From positions 3,368,131-3,432,130 of the forward strand of contig NC_134033.1 of assembly GCF_964204645.1 (NCBI RefSeq): 64,000 nt of DNA, given 5' to 3'. Position 1 is the first letter of the stretch. Every line of letters starts with the position of its first letter. Made by a program: the position numbers and the translations under genes. The stretch is from Tubulanus polymorphus (Eukaryota > Animalia > Nemertea). Below the pieces are notes generated by a model that was not told the origin of the DNA, did no database searches, and saw nothing but the letters and a program-made list of their open reading frames with translations. Below are positions 27,209 through 39,944 of the stretch, piece after piece.

Positions 27209-27454
27209 GGCAAATATTCAATAAATTTTGATCGGCAATGTTTACCCAGCTCTCATTCTAACTACTCAAATTTTACTGTCAAACCAAACCAGCTGCTCTT
27301 CGTCTGGATCTAACTAACGCAAACATTCGATTTCGTAAAATATTGATAACAAGTGGTCGTTCACCAACGCTGCATGTATTCTGTATATAAAGTCCTCACA
27401 GATATCCCGCTGCAGTGACCGGTCAGATATTTTCTGCTGTAAATTTCCATTACT

Positions 27455-27775
27455 GCAGCCTTCGAAATGAATTGCTACAGGCGCATCCTGAACATCCACT
27501 GGACCAGCCATACTTCAAATGAGGAAGTCAGAGAGAGGATACAGCAGCTCATCGGGACCCATGACAGCTTCCTAGACACGGCCAAAAATAGAAAGCTTCT
27601 ATGGTTTGGCCATGTTACCCGCGCTACTGGCACGCTTACCAACGCCATACTACAAGGCTCTGTTGACGGCCAATGAAAGCGAGGCAGACGAAAGCAATGG
27701 TGGCTGGATGATGTGAAAGAGTGGTGCGGCCACCAGAATCTACCAACCTTACTAAAGCAGGCCAAAGACAGGAAG
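27455..27775 (+). mobile_element. RTE-clade LINE 3' fragment
   Basis: AFEMNCYRRILNIHW...SNEEV...RKLLWFGHVTR...ILQGSVDGQ*KRGRRKQWWLDDVKEW. It is absent from the homologous upstream region of lectin A. Confidence 0.85.
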
Positions 27776-28696
27776 TTTCATTCTTCAAAACTCATGACAG
27801 AGGCCAATGATAAAAGATAAAACGACGTCATTTTTGTCCCGGGTGAACTAAGTCAGCGCTGTGATGATTGAGCATAAGTTCAGTAGGAATGGGGAGGTAA
27901 TGGTATCGATCGATCGCCTATTAGATTGAAGGTTCTCCAAGGATAATCTAACAACCAGCCAATCTCATGGGATCTAACGTCCCAACCGATGGCTGCCAAA
28001 TCTAAAACTCTCTCCCTGTCTACTGTTTTTCCTAACAACCAAGGTTTAACCACGTGATTACCACATTTAGTCTGGTTTCTACGGGATCTGCAACAACTCC
28101 GAACAGAAATACATTACTGACCAACAACATTAAATACCAAGCTTCTGAATCATTCCCTTAGACTAAAAAACTATTACCGGTATATAAATTTGTTATATTT
28201 TCTCAAACCAAATCATATTACTAAAACATCAACTATAATTATTTCCATTATTATTATTATTAGAACCCATTGGTTTTATTGTACCTGCAAATCTAATCGT
28301 TAAGCAGAAAACCCAAGTGTGCAAAGATCGTTTTGATTTTATAAAGATTGTAAGTGGAACTTATATAAGAATTCAAACAGACACGACAGAATCGACACAT
28401 AAGAGCTTCGTGGTAGCCCCGTGAGGGGGGGGGGTTGGAGGGGAGAGGGAGTGGCGTCCAGAACACTTGAAAAGTCAGAATTGAGTTCGAACAAGTCTCG
28501 TACCTAATTGGGAGTTAGATATATTTTCGTACTTTCTTCGGAGTGACACATATATTCTCGTATAATGTGCCTTTTTAATACCATCCGGTGTAAAAAAATA
28601 AACGATTGTCATCTTTTTATTTTCATTTATTTCGGCGCGAAATTTAACACATGTAATGCATTTTTCGGAATAGCATTATACATTTTGATATCTCGC

Positions 28697-31600
28697 TCAA
28701 TGATAGACAGGTGTGACAGGTTCGATGTCGAGCTCGTATTCGCAGATATAAGGCCGAGACACGCCGGCGTATTCCGCTATGTAAGTATACCATTGACCGT
28801 TCGGCAAAATGAACACTTGGCTTCCATCAGGACTCGGCTGACCTGACGCCCAATTCGAGTGCCCGTTCTAAGAATAGAAAATAACAGACGAACAAGTTCT
28901 TTATTGCAAGAAAATAGTCACAATTTTCGGAAACGAGCAGAAAACCCATCCTCCCACGGCAGGGATTCGAACCTGATGACATCGCTACACTCAGCCACGG
29001 CACGAACGTACCGTTGATAGACTGGTTGCCTGTCCCATTCAATATTCTAATTGAAGATAGAGACCGGCAACCAATCTAGTACCGTGGCAATCTCGATGCC
29101 ATCAGTTTCGAATCCCTGCCGGGGCAGGATGAGGAAAACCGTGCTCGGACCTTTTTGATGGATGTCAGTTAATGCCTATACAGTGCGTCCCAGAAAATGG
29201 TTCCTGCGAAATGATTCAATATTCATAAGTAAATCTATGTAAATAAATGAATTTTGTCATGGATTAGGAATAAGTATAGGATTTATTCTTAACATAGTAA
29301 GGATAACGTGTTAAGTCAATTTTCCATATTCTATGTTTCATAATTAAATTTTTCATCTTATCTTATCTGGGAATAATTTCTACACGTGCAGCAACCGGAC
29401 TAGACGGGGACCGGGTAACAGGTAAAAATCCCCCAAATTTGATTTCACAGCAAAATTCAATAAAATACTACCCCAGTGAAGTTTGTTACTTGTTCCTTAT
29501 TCCTTATTCCGTTACTTGATTGATAATTCATCTCCCAAGGAACAAGGAACCGTTACTTGTTCCTTATTCACATTTTCTCGTTACCACCGGTTACAGCGTC
29601 ACTTTGCTAAAGTGCTGATCAGTGTTGAGTGACAAGTGGGTTCGAGTCCTGCTGGCTGCTTACAGTGTGCGGGCAAAACTTCAAAGGCTGGTGAGGTTAA
29701 ACGAATAATCCAATAGGGTTAGTCTTGGAAAACCAAGATCCAAGTGACGTAAAGCCAAAAAACAAACAAACAAACGAAATCAATGGGGTACCCGCAGTGC
29801 TACTCAGGCGCGGATCCAGGCCATTCGGTGACTACAGCACAGTGAAAAAAAGGGCACCAAGTTGACAAGGGCCAGTATTAATGCCCAGCGAGCGAGTTTG
29901 AGTTTGAGTGCCATTTATTGGTATCATGCCACTTAATTTGCCTTAACATTCGATTTGCTTGTGCCTTTTTCAGATTTTTGGCGAAATTTGCCCTTTTTCG
30001 ATTAGATTCATAGAGCAACAATAATGTCTCTTTTAGAACAGTACCCTTTTGATTAAAGGAAAATGCGTTAGATTGCCTTTTTTGATTTTGGGCAATTCAT
30101 TTTCATTCACATTGTGCTTTAGTCCTAGTACAGAAAGGCAATTATTTTCAAAAATTTTCCAGGGCATTTGAAAACTGCGACTTCCGCACGTGCTGCGTGT
30201 GCGGTAGTCTTCTCTGCGCCTGCTACTGTGGCAATCGATGATTCCACCTATGGCAGGCGAGGATCCGCCAGGTTCGCTAGTAGATATTTGGTCGTCAGCG
30301 TTTGATTTCTTCTTCTACATTTCAATGAAATCTAAATGAACTTTTCTCTTAAATGAATCAATTATTATGAAAACTATACCGATGTCCGAGTTGAAGAATG
30401 AAAGTTAGTGAATATCCGGTGGGTGCCGGGGTGACAAAAATCCAGCGCGTTAGTGATGACAATAACCAGTCAGGACGACGGTGAGAGGGGCAGCAGGGAG
30501 GGGTGGGGCTTAAACAGAGCCGCCCTTTAGATTACACTCATCACCTGAACAAGAGGTATCAGAGAAACAAAAAAAAATTTAGAAATTATAAATAATAACA
30601 TAAAATGTAATGCATGCTGACTAGTAGTGACACCTATAATAGAGAGATGTACATACCTCCAAATTATCGGAAGTGACTCCGAGATTCCCCATCATATACC
30701 CGGCATTCTGTAATACACCTGTCAAAACAAATACTGTAGTTAGCAAAATTCACGCGCCAATTCTCAAGATTCCATAGAAATATAAGTCTTTATTGGTTTG
30801 AATTTTTAGTAAGTTTGATTTATGTTTTCGCTTACTACGTGCCGCCTGGTCTTCCTCCCCGCTACCAATACGAGCCGGTGAGGTGCCGGATGGACAAGAT
30901 TCTCTCGCAAACCCGATACACTTATACGAATCCGAAACATATTCCCAACCGGAACGACACTGCGGTGGTGTTTGTCCTGCAACGATATATTTCAACGTTG
31001 CAATGTTGCAGCGCAATGGCACCTTACTAATTAACCGGAGATTTTACCCTCTACTAGCCCGCGTTGCTCACGAGCACCATATTATCGGCCCACCTACGGT
31101 CTGATTATATGACATTTGAACTTTTAAGGCCAATGTTGCTCACAAGCAACTGCTTTAGTACCTATATCAACTGGCAGATGGCGGCACTATACGGTGTTGT
31201 TTTTCAGGGGCGTCGGTTAAAACGCATATATATCTTTTCAATACTCTGGTTGTACCTATTCTAACATATGGTAGTGAAGTATGGGGATTCGAACATGATC
31301 TTGACCAGATAGACTCTATACAGAGAACTTTTTATAAATATTTGTTAAAGCTCCATCGTAACACTCCAACTGTAATGGTTCAGGGTGAATTAGGGGAATT
31401 GCCTATTAGTTGTGTAACGTATCTTTAATAGGATTTGCTCTTACTGGTGTAAATTGAAGAATGATCCTTGTAAAGATAAATGTAATGTTATTTTGTTTAG
31501 AATCATCTCGGAATTGTCGGACAAAGGTTATATAAATTCATGATGTTGGTACGTTAAATTGAAATCTATTTTAAGACACTGCGAGTTGTTGGGCCATCTT

Positions 31601-33929
31601 GGTTGTTCAAGTATTTCAGAAACATTTCTTAAATTAAGAGTGAAACGATATTATAGTCAATACTGTACTAATTAGTTTAATGATCAAATTCAAAATGACC
31701 CACATGCTCTGTCACACATGCTCTTCGTGCGACGTTTTGGTCCGTAATTTCGTTAATGATCGGTTGATCTGTAAATATTATGCATCAATTTGTTCAGTAA
31801 GGAATTTGCATTCAGAAATGAATCATGAACTAGCATAGATTTGTTTGTGTTTTCATCTATCAGCGATAGTTTACCAAGGATACGCTCGCGTTATGCTGAA
31901 AAACGGCTTTTATGGCCCGTCACGTGGCGCCACCTACTGTATTTTGATATGCTAATGAGCAGGTGATGACGTCACTGTAACGTTTCCGAGCGTCCGCGGA
32001 GCGGATTTTTCAGCAATATGCGAGCGTATGCTGAGTAAACTATCGCTCATAAATGCAAACAAAAACAACTTTAGTGAAAATTGTTGTTTATTTCTGAATG
32101 CAAATTCCTCACTGAACAAATTGATGCGTAATAAAGGTAGATAAACCGATTATTAACGAAATTACGGACCAAAACGTCGCACGGAGAGTAGGTGTGACAG
32201 ACAGGTGTTGTTTCTATAAACTATTCAAACCCAGTTTTATGTTACAAAAGTACTTTCATTTACTTCTTGATCTCGCAATTAACTTGTGTAAATTTAGAAC
32301 CTCCAATCTTAATACTACTGCAACTAGAAACCGTATTTTCAACCTTCCTGCGAACATCGGTGATGACAAGAGCCCTCCGTGTAGAGGAAGGGTCATTTCT
32401 AATGAGTCATAGGCCTACTATATCATTCATTGTCCGTCCCTTGTATTTGAAAGACAATTTTTTTGCTGAAGTCCCGAGTGATTGTAATTTTGATAATATC
32501 CTGATTGATCTTTTTGCTCAATCACCTAAAAATCTTGCAGTTTTTTGCAAGAAACTTATTTAAAAAAATTGAATTTGTCTACCGAATGACCGCTCTCATT
32601 TGTATTTTTCTAAAGTGTTATATTTGAATCTATATCTCTATGCATATGCATGGAGAGTTATAATTAGTTACTATGTTATTTTCTGTTTGTTCATTTAGAC
32701 AAGTATATTGTGTTATTGAATTTGTTATTTTTTTATATCGTGTTATACATCTGTAAATCCTGTGTTGTCCCTCTAATACCTGTAATGGGTTTGAGTGTAA
32801 ATAAAATAAATAAAATAGATAAATAAATATTTCTCACTGGTGAATCAAACTTGGCTGACTTCATGACAAACAAGTTATGTAAAACAAAGGTAAGTTCTAG
32901 TGTATTTTCTAGTGCAAATCGGACTAAAATCATGATATAAATGAATTGCACTAACATAGGAGCACTTGAGGGATGTAACCATCGCATGAAATCAATGAAT
33001 TCTGCAAATTGCTGCTGACACAAAAGTTTATTTCAGCGTTGCTGACGAGCAACATTGGTTGAATTTGTTTTGACCTAATTCAATGCAATTGAGCTTATTG
33101 TTATTGCTAATTTAGGTAATTATTTTCATACATTTCTGATGGCCAGTAGCAGAAAATACATGCAAATACTTTTTATTTTAAGATGAAATAGCTTATAATG
33201 AACGGCATACGGTGAAAATACATTCAAATAGGAGACATTATTACATTTTGATGTAATAAGAGGAAATGAAAGCAGCAAATCGGATAGCGAAAACCTGAGT
33301 GATCCCGAGTCCGAAACAATGGACTGTCACCGTTATAGTACTATCACATGGAGTAAATTGTTATGGAGTCTAATACTAAAAGCTATTTTACTGTATTACA
33401 CTCTAAGATGATAAAGTACGAAGTAAAAGTTCGTAAATATTGGGTCATTTATCTTTATATCTTTTAAAAGGTTGAGAGCCGAATAATCAGTATCATTAAT
33501 GAATATTGGTAGGAAAAATCTGTGCGTATGGATGAATTTTTAACTTTCTAGTCATCAGTCGAGGCCAAGGTATCAAAATATGGAACTCCGAGCTGACTAG
33601 CTGATTTTTTTTGTGACAGGTCTGCAACTGTCTACCAATATTGTTCATAAGCAACATTACCAAAAACCAAAAATATGGGCCAAAAACGAATTTTGACATT
33701 GGGAATAAAAAATCTACCCCTTTACCATCTAAGTTCTCACTGGAAATAATTTTCATTCAATTAAAAAGATTGGCGAGTAGAGGGTTAAACGGGACATCGC
33801 CGGCCCAACTGGCAAATGGCCGTCTGAACAGCGGCTTGTTAATTTGATAAGTTTAATAGATGCCAGGTGTCGCCCCCTACCTGAAACGGCACCGATTGCA
33901 CCTACAACCAACAAAATCGGAAGCTTCAT
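28697..33929 (-). CDS. Secreted divergent C-type lectin-like protein C (140 aa); coding exons 33929-33881, 30976-30836, 30718-30657, 28867-28697
   Basis: Phases are consistent. Protein: MKLPILLVVGAIGAVSGQTPPQCRSGWEYVSDSYKCIGFARESCPSGTSPARIGSGEEDQAARSVLQNAGYMMGNLGVTSDNLENGHSNWASGQPSPDGSQVFILPNGQWYTYIAEYAGVSRPYICEYELDIEPVTPVYH*. Confidence 0.85.
28947..29132. repeat. ~190-bp imperfect foldback element in the last intron of lectin C
   Basis: CATCCT..CGGCAGGGATTCGAACCTGATGACATCG pairs with CGATGCCATCAGTTTCGAATCCCTGCCG..AGGATG. The inner hairpin TAGACTGGTTGCC..GGCAACCAATCTA recurs at 37375-37428. Confidence 0.8.
29616..29776 (+). mobile_element. tRNA-derived SINE (5'-truncated); paralogous copy at 38120-38272
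   Basis: B-box GGTTCGAGTCC and a 3' end GACGTAAAGCC followed by a (CAAA)n tail. Confidence 0.7.
29806..30222. mobile_element. MITE CAGGCGC..GCGCCTG with a 5-bp TSD (CTACT), nested in Rep-X
   Basis: The empty site GTGCTACTGTGGC is visible in paralog D at ~38293. Confidence 0.8.
31200..32825 (+). mobile_element. Degenerate LINE 3' fragment in a lectin C intron, split by a MITE
   Basis: VPILTYGSEVWGF...TPTVMVQGELG...LCKFRTSN; A-rich end at ~32800. Confidence 0.75.
31708..32204. mobile_element. ~500-bp MITE with ~190-bp TIRs; second copy at 45155-46380
   Basis: TIR CTGTCACAC.TGCTCT.CGTGCGACGTTT.GGTCCGTAATTTCGTTAAT and its reverse complement at the other end. Confidence 0.9.
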
Positions 33930-34347
33930 AGCGTTGCGTTTTCACAATCCTAGAAAATAGGAAAAATTTATATTAGACCACAAGTGTCGTTTACAAGCCC
34001 ACCAGTCACCCAGGAAACATGGGCAAATACGTACAGTCGAGTTCTGGCTTCAGTCGAATTTAATGGGCCCAGAAATCTTTCTACGAGATAAGTCAAAATT
34101 CGACCTAAAAGGGTTTGCACCTGGCCGTATATGGCAAATGAATAGCTATCTTTTTATCGAAATCGGGAACAATCCTCCAACAGATTGGTGGATCAAGCAA
34201 ACAATTATCACAACACAATAAGTCATTTTGATATCTGAACGAATGGATGATAAATCGTATATTTGAATAGCGTTTCTGGTTTACACTATTAGCCATCATT
34301 AGTACGCCTGATGATCACTTTCATGAATGGAGTAGTAACACGATCGT

Positions 34348-35465
34348 CGGTGTTGTCATATCGCGGAAAGACGGAATCGCGGAATTTTCCAAAAACGCGG
34401 AATTTCTTCATTTTTACTATAAATAGTAAACGGGGTTTTCCCACGGGGATACCCACTGTCGGACAGGGCACCGGACCCAGGTTTTCAACACCGGGAATTA
34501 GTATTTGATAATTTATTATATCGCCAGTCAACAACTTAACGATACTGTTCCAAATAATGGAGAACCTAGGCAATACGTGCTTTGCGAATTCAGTGATACA
34601 GAGTATCGCTGCATTAACTGAAGGAATACAAATCGATGGTACGTAAACGTAGGATTTGTGATGACATCATGGGTCATTCTCCAGGACTCATTTCCGAGTT
34701 AAGATTTGACTCTGGTCTCTGGATTTAAAACAGTTAACTCACAACTGTGGAACTGGATCGATGTCAGACGAAAATAAATAGACATTATGTATATTGCATT
34801 CTGGCTTAGGATTGTTCATGCGTGTTGTGTGTCTACATTGTTGTTATAAGCGAATGTGGTTTATCTTTTAGAATTAAATGATATGAAAGATTATAAAATG
34901 GTTTCGTTTTTTTTAAAGTTTACTTTGTGACTGCTATAACATATATGTCCCTATGCTGATTATTTGGATCAAAAGAATCTTATTGGTACCGGTACTGGAC
35001 GGCCGTAAAATTATAATAATTTCAAAGGAATTTGGACCGGTACTTGTTTGGTCGTAGGATTTCATGTTTGCAACCATCTACAACTACGGTCCTACACCGC
35101 GAACGTGCTCAATATTTATCTGATAATATTCGTTTCTGAAGTTCTCAAAAAGTCGATGAACTTCGATAACCGAAGTTTGCCTAGTAGAAATAGACATTAG
35201 GTGCCTGGTCTCTTTCACCCCACTTGATTCTGACTTCTTCTACAGGTGGCAGCCAGTCAACGGTATCGTAATATAATATTTCCATATAGAATTGCCTGCA
35301 AATAATGGGATTCGAACCTAACTCGTTGCATCGATCGGTCCGGTGCGCTGTCCGACAGTGGGTATCCCCGTGGGAAAACTCGTTTACTATTTAAAGTAAA
35401 AATGAAGAAATTCCGCGTTTTTGGAAAATTCCGCGATTCCGTCTTTCCGCGATATGACAACACCG
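34348..35465. mobile_element. Mutator-like (MULE) non-autonomous element with ~130-bp TIRs and a 9-bp TSD, carrying a USP Cys-box exon
   Basis: TIRs at 34348-34477 and 35337-35465. TSD CACGATCGT/CACTATCGT. The empty site is in paralog D at ~39793. The superfamily is inferred from TSD length and long TIRs only. Confidence 0.8.
34557..34638 (+). pseudogene. Ubiquitin-specific protease (peptidase C19) Cys-box exon fragment
   Basis: MENLGNTCFANSVIQSIAALTEGIQID-G|GTACGT matches the USP catalytic Cys box GLxNLGNTCFxNSxLQ. Confidence 0.75.
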
Positions 35466-35626
35466 CACTATCGTGGGACATTCTAAACGAGGGTTGATCG
35501 GTCGCAGTAATTGTCGTGAAATCGAAGAGATTTCAATGAAAATTATTTTTTTCATGTACTGAACCACTGCCCTGAATTTGAATCTAAGATTCGACTCAGA
35601 GTTAACTAATTGAAAGTATACTGATA

Positions 35627-36016
35627 TTGCCTATTCAGCAGATCTAGTGTTGCTCAAAGACTTGTCTATTCAGTAGACCTAGTGTCGCCCAGAGACTTGC
35701 CTATTCAGCAGATCTAGTGTCGCCCAGAGACTTGCCTCTTCAGTAGACCTAGTGTCGCCCAGAGACTTGCCTATTCAGTAGGCCTAGTGTCGCCCAGAGA
35801 ATTGCCTCTTCAGTAGACCTAGTGTCGCCCAGAGACTTGCCTATTCAGTAGGCCTAGTGTCGCCCAGAGAATTGCCTCTTCAGTAGACCTAGTGTCGCCC
35901 AGAGACTTGCCTATTCAGCAGATCTAGTCACCCAGAGACTTACCTATTTACGGAGCAGACCTAGCGTTAACCAGAATGGTAATGATATGGCTTGTTTTGA
36001 CGAATTGTTATATACT
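35627..36016 (-). repeat. Lectin C TATA box, first exon and 35-bp donor minisatellite (~9 units)
   Basis: TATATAAC at ~36010. The first donor is AATAG|GTAAGT (~35943), followed by units TCTGGGCGACACTAGGTCTACTGAATAG|GCAAGTC. Confidence 0.85.
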
Positions 36017-37759
36017 GACGAAAATTCAATAAATTCTATCATCAATATTTACTCAGCTATCATTCTATGACTACTCTAAATTCTCCTCTTAAATCGATAG
36101 AAGCGAAAACAGTACAAATTTTATTTTCTAACGAGTATATAAATTCATTCTAGCAAGCACCTTCTGAGCACCTGGTATCATGATTGGTAGAGAACCCGGA
36201 CAGGGCGGCTATTCGATCTTTTTTCTCACTCACGCAAACCCAGCGGGGGGGGGGGGGCTGATGAGTTGCAGAATAAATCGTATGTTTCAAAGCCTGGCAA
36301 AGCTAGGCGCGTGGATGATACGTAAAAGTTAGGTATAGGGGATTTCGAGAGCAGGGACCAAGAAATGTACTTTCGTTCGAATCGACCCAAATCCGAAATG
36401 AGCTCGTCAAAAGTAACAGTACATTGATGATATTTCCAACAACACATATACATAAGTTTACGTCGTCGTAGTCTGATGATTTATTTTTTTCATTCATATA
36501 ATACTCATTCATTTCAGATCGTGGAGGTCCGTCTAGGTCTATATAGAAAATATTTGTAATAAAACATAACCGATAAGATTATAACATTTATAGAAACGTG
36601 TATCGAATTCGAACAAAAGGCCGCATCAAGTTGAGATTAAAAAAATAACCATACAAGGATAATGATCCCCCTATAACATCCCAATAACAAAGCTGAAAAA
36701 TTAAATAATTCGAAAAAAGAACCGCAATTGGAAATCCTATGCCAACTGTTTATGTGAGATATCACGGTGCGCATAGGCTATGACCAGAGATACTGTTCTA
36801 CCGCGTGAAACCAGTATAACGCATTCAAGTGTTTTTTACACCGGCTAAAAATTCAATAAATTTCATGATCCGAATATTTACCGAGCTCTCATTCTAGCTG
36901 CTCATGTTTCGCCGCTGAACGAAACCAGCTGCTCCACGTTAGGATCGAAGGCAAATAGCCGATTTTCCAGAAAGCGTCACTCGACAATCCTCGCCTTCTG
37001 GTTTAATCTACTTGCATTGTTTCCTGGTATGTACGTAGTTTCCTATCCCTCTCACACATCCGTCTCACAAGAAACGGTTCCTTGTTCCTTATTACTACTC
37101 ACATACCCAGAGATAGTACAGGACCGAAGACTCGGCCAAGAGAGTATCCCTACACTGCAAAAGATACGCTACCACAACATACGTGGAGAAGCTAAACCAG
37201 ATCCATAACAGTGGCGGAGAACCACAACAAAACCATCAAAATCGAAGGAACGCGAAAAAAGTCGTTTTAAGACTTTTGATTCCGTTGAACCAACATTGTA
37301 TCCGAGACTACACTGATCTGAAAGGCCGAAAAGTCACCTGCCAAGAACGCTGGTCAATTAGCCTGACCAATCCGTAGACTGGTTGCCTGTCCCATTCTAT
37401 TGAAGATATTGACCGGTAACCAGTCTAGGCCAATCACAGTGTGGTCTTTTTTCTGGCACGTTTCGCCAAAAACCACCGAAACCGATAAGAATTACAACAA
37501 TTGAACCTGAAACATCCCTATCTGTCCCACCTTCTCTGCAGTTCGATAGTTCAGAATCGGATGTACCGGGTTCGAACCAGTCTCTGGTCATATCCTCTCA
37601 GGTGTCACATATCCATCCTCGCATGTAGTCTGTTCGACATCCCTCCAGCGCAAAAAAGACAATAAACAATTCTTATAGTCTTGTTTTGATTTATTCAATC
37701 GCGGAATAAAAAATTAACATGTTGATATGAAATTAACATGTTTTTAGCGCGGTCGAATT

Positions 37760-39331
37760 CTATTTGGATCTCGTTCGGATGCAATCAAAGGGGTGCCAAT
37801 CTCGTCGGTTCAGCGTATATTCACAGATATTAGGACGGCGATATGCACCGAAGGGGTATTCCGCTATGTAAGTAAACCAATCACCGTTCAGCAAAATGAA
37901 CACTTGACTTCCATCAGGACTCGGCTGATCTGATGCCCAATTCGAGTACCCGTTCTAAAAGGTGGAAAATTGAGATTTTATAATGTGGATAGTGCCAGGA
38001 AAAATCCAACTTAATCTATTCATATGGCAACTACCAGGTAAACTATGCTCGTAGCAGAGACTGTTTTTTGGAAGTTCATGATCGTTAAAAAGGGAGGTGT
38101 TTTGACGGATGCTACAGTTCTGATCAGTGTTGAGTGACAAGTGGGTTCGAGTCCTGTGCGGGCAACACTTGAAATCCCGTTCTTTTGTGAGGTTAAATGA
38201 ATAATCCAATAGGGTTAGTCTTCGGAAACCAAGATCCAAGCGACGTAAAGCCAAAAAACAAACAAACAAACGAAATCAATGGGGTACCCGCTGTGCTACT
38301 GTGGCAATCGAGGATTCCACCTATGGCAGGCGAGTATCCGCCTTGTAGATATTTGGTCGTCCACGTTCGATTTCTTCCACATTTCAATGAAATCTAAATG
38401 AACTTTTCTTTTTCTCTTAAACAAATTAATGATCATGAAAACTATACCGATATCCGAGTAGAAGAATGCAAGTTAGTGAATATTTGGTGGGTGCTGGGGT
38501 AATAAAATCCAGTGTGTTAGTGATGATAATAACCAGTCTGGACGACAGCGAGAAGGGCAGCAGGGAGGGGTGGGGCTTTAAACAGAGCCGCCCTTTAGAT
38601 AACACTCATCACCTCAACAAGAGGTATCAGAGAAACATAAAAGAAGTTTCGCAATTATAAATAATAACATATAGTGTAATGTATGCTGACTAGTAGCGGC
38701 ACCTATAGCAGAGAGATGTACATACCTCTAAATTATCGGAAGTGACTCCGAGATTCGCCATCATATACCCGGCATTCTGTAATACACCTGTCAAAACAAA
38801 TACTGTAGTTAGCAAAATTCACGCGCCAATTCTCAAGATTCCATAGAAATATAAGTCTTTATTGGTTTGAATTTTTAGTTTGATTTGATTTTTTGATTCG
38901 TTTAATTATGAAGAAATGGACATTTATGTTTTCGCTTACTACTTGCCGCCTGGTCTTCCTCCCCGCTACCAATACGAGCCGGTGAGGTGCCGGATGGACA
39001 AGATTCTGTTGTAAACCCGATACACTTATCCGAATCCGAAACATATTCCCAACCGGAACGACACTGCGGTGGCGTTTGTCCTGCAACGATTTATTTCAAT
39101 GTTTTAAATCCAATTCCTTAACCATACTCAGGATGGGTCGATACAGGGCGCAATGGAAGCTTACTAATTAAGCGGGGATTTCAAACGGGACATCGCCGGC
39201 CCAACTGGCAAATGGCCGTCTGAACAGCGGCTTGTGACGTTAATTTGAATGTTTTAATCGATGTACACGTGTCGCCCCCTACCTGAAACGGCACCGAATA
39301 CACCTACGAACAACAAGATCGGAAACTTCAT
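37760..39331 (-). CDS. Secreted divergent C-type lectin-like protein D (148 aa); coding exons 39331-39283, 39080-38940, 38787-38726, 37954-37760
   Basis: Phases are consistent. Protein: MKFPILLFVGVFGAVSGQTPPQCRSGWEYVSDSDKCIGFTTESCPSGTSPARIGSGEEDQAASSVLQNAGYMMANLGVTSDNLENGYSNWASDQPSPDGSQVFILLNGDWFTYIAEYPFGAYRRPNICEYTLNRRDWHPFDCIRTRSK*. Confidence 0.85.
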
Positions 39332-39944
39332 AGCTTCGCGTTTTCACAATCCTAGAAAATAGGAAAAATCTATATTAGACTTGAAATAGGGACCTATCCC
39401 TTTGACCATCTGATCGATTTGATTTTATATGATTATTTGTTGGTGTCGTTTACAAGCCCACCACCAGTCACCCAGGAAACATGGGCACATACGTACAGTC
39501 GAGCTCTGGCCTTAGTCGAATTTAATTGGTCCAGAAATTTTTCTACGAGATATGTCAAAATTCGACCTAAAAGGGTTTGCGCCTGGCCGTATATGGCAAA
39601 TGAATAGTTATCTTTTTATCGAAATCGGGAACAATCCTCCAACAGATTGGTGGATCAAGCATCACAACACAATAAGTCATTTTGATATCTGAACGAATGG
39701 ATGATAAATCGTATATTTGAATAGCGTTTCTGGTTTACACTATTAGCCATCATTAGTACGCCTGATGATCACTTTCATGAATGGAGTAGTAACACTATCG
39801 TGGGACATTCTAAACGAGGGTTGATCGGTCGCAGTTAGTAGTTGTCATGAAATCCAAGAGATTTCGATGAAAATTATTTTTTTGATGTACTGAACCACTA
39901 ACCTGAATTTGAATCTAAGAGTTAACTAATTGAGAGTATAGTGA

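Noticed and set aside
16950-39331. Diversity-generating retroelement (C-type lectin fold plus nearby RT)
   Set aside because: There is no template/variable repeat pair with adenine-specific mismatches, and the RT fragments are decayed LINEs.
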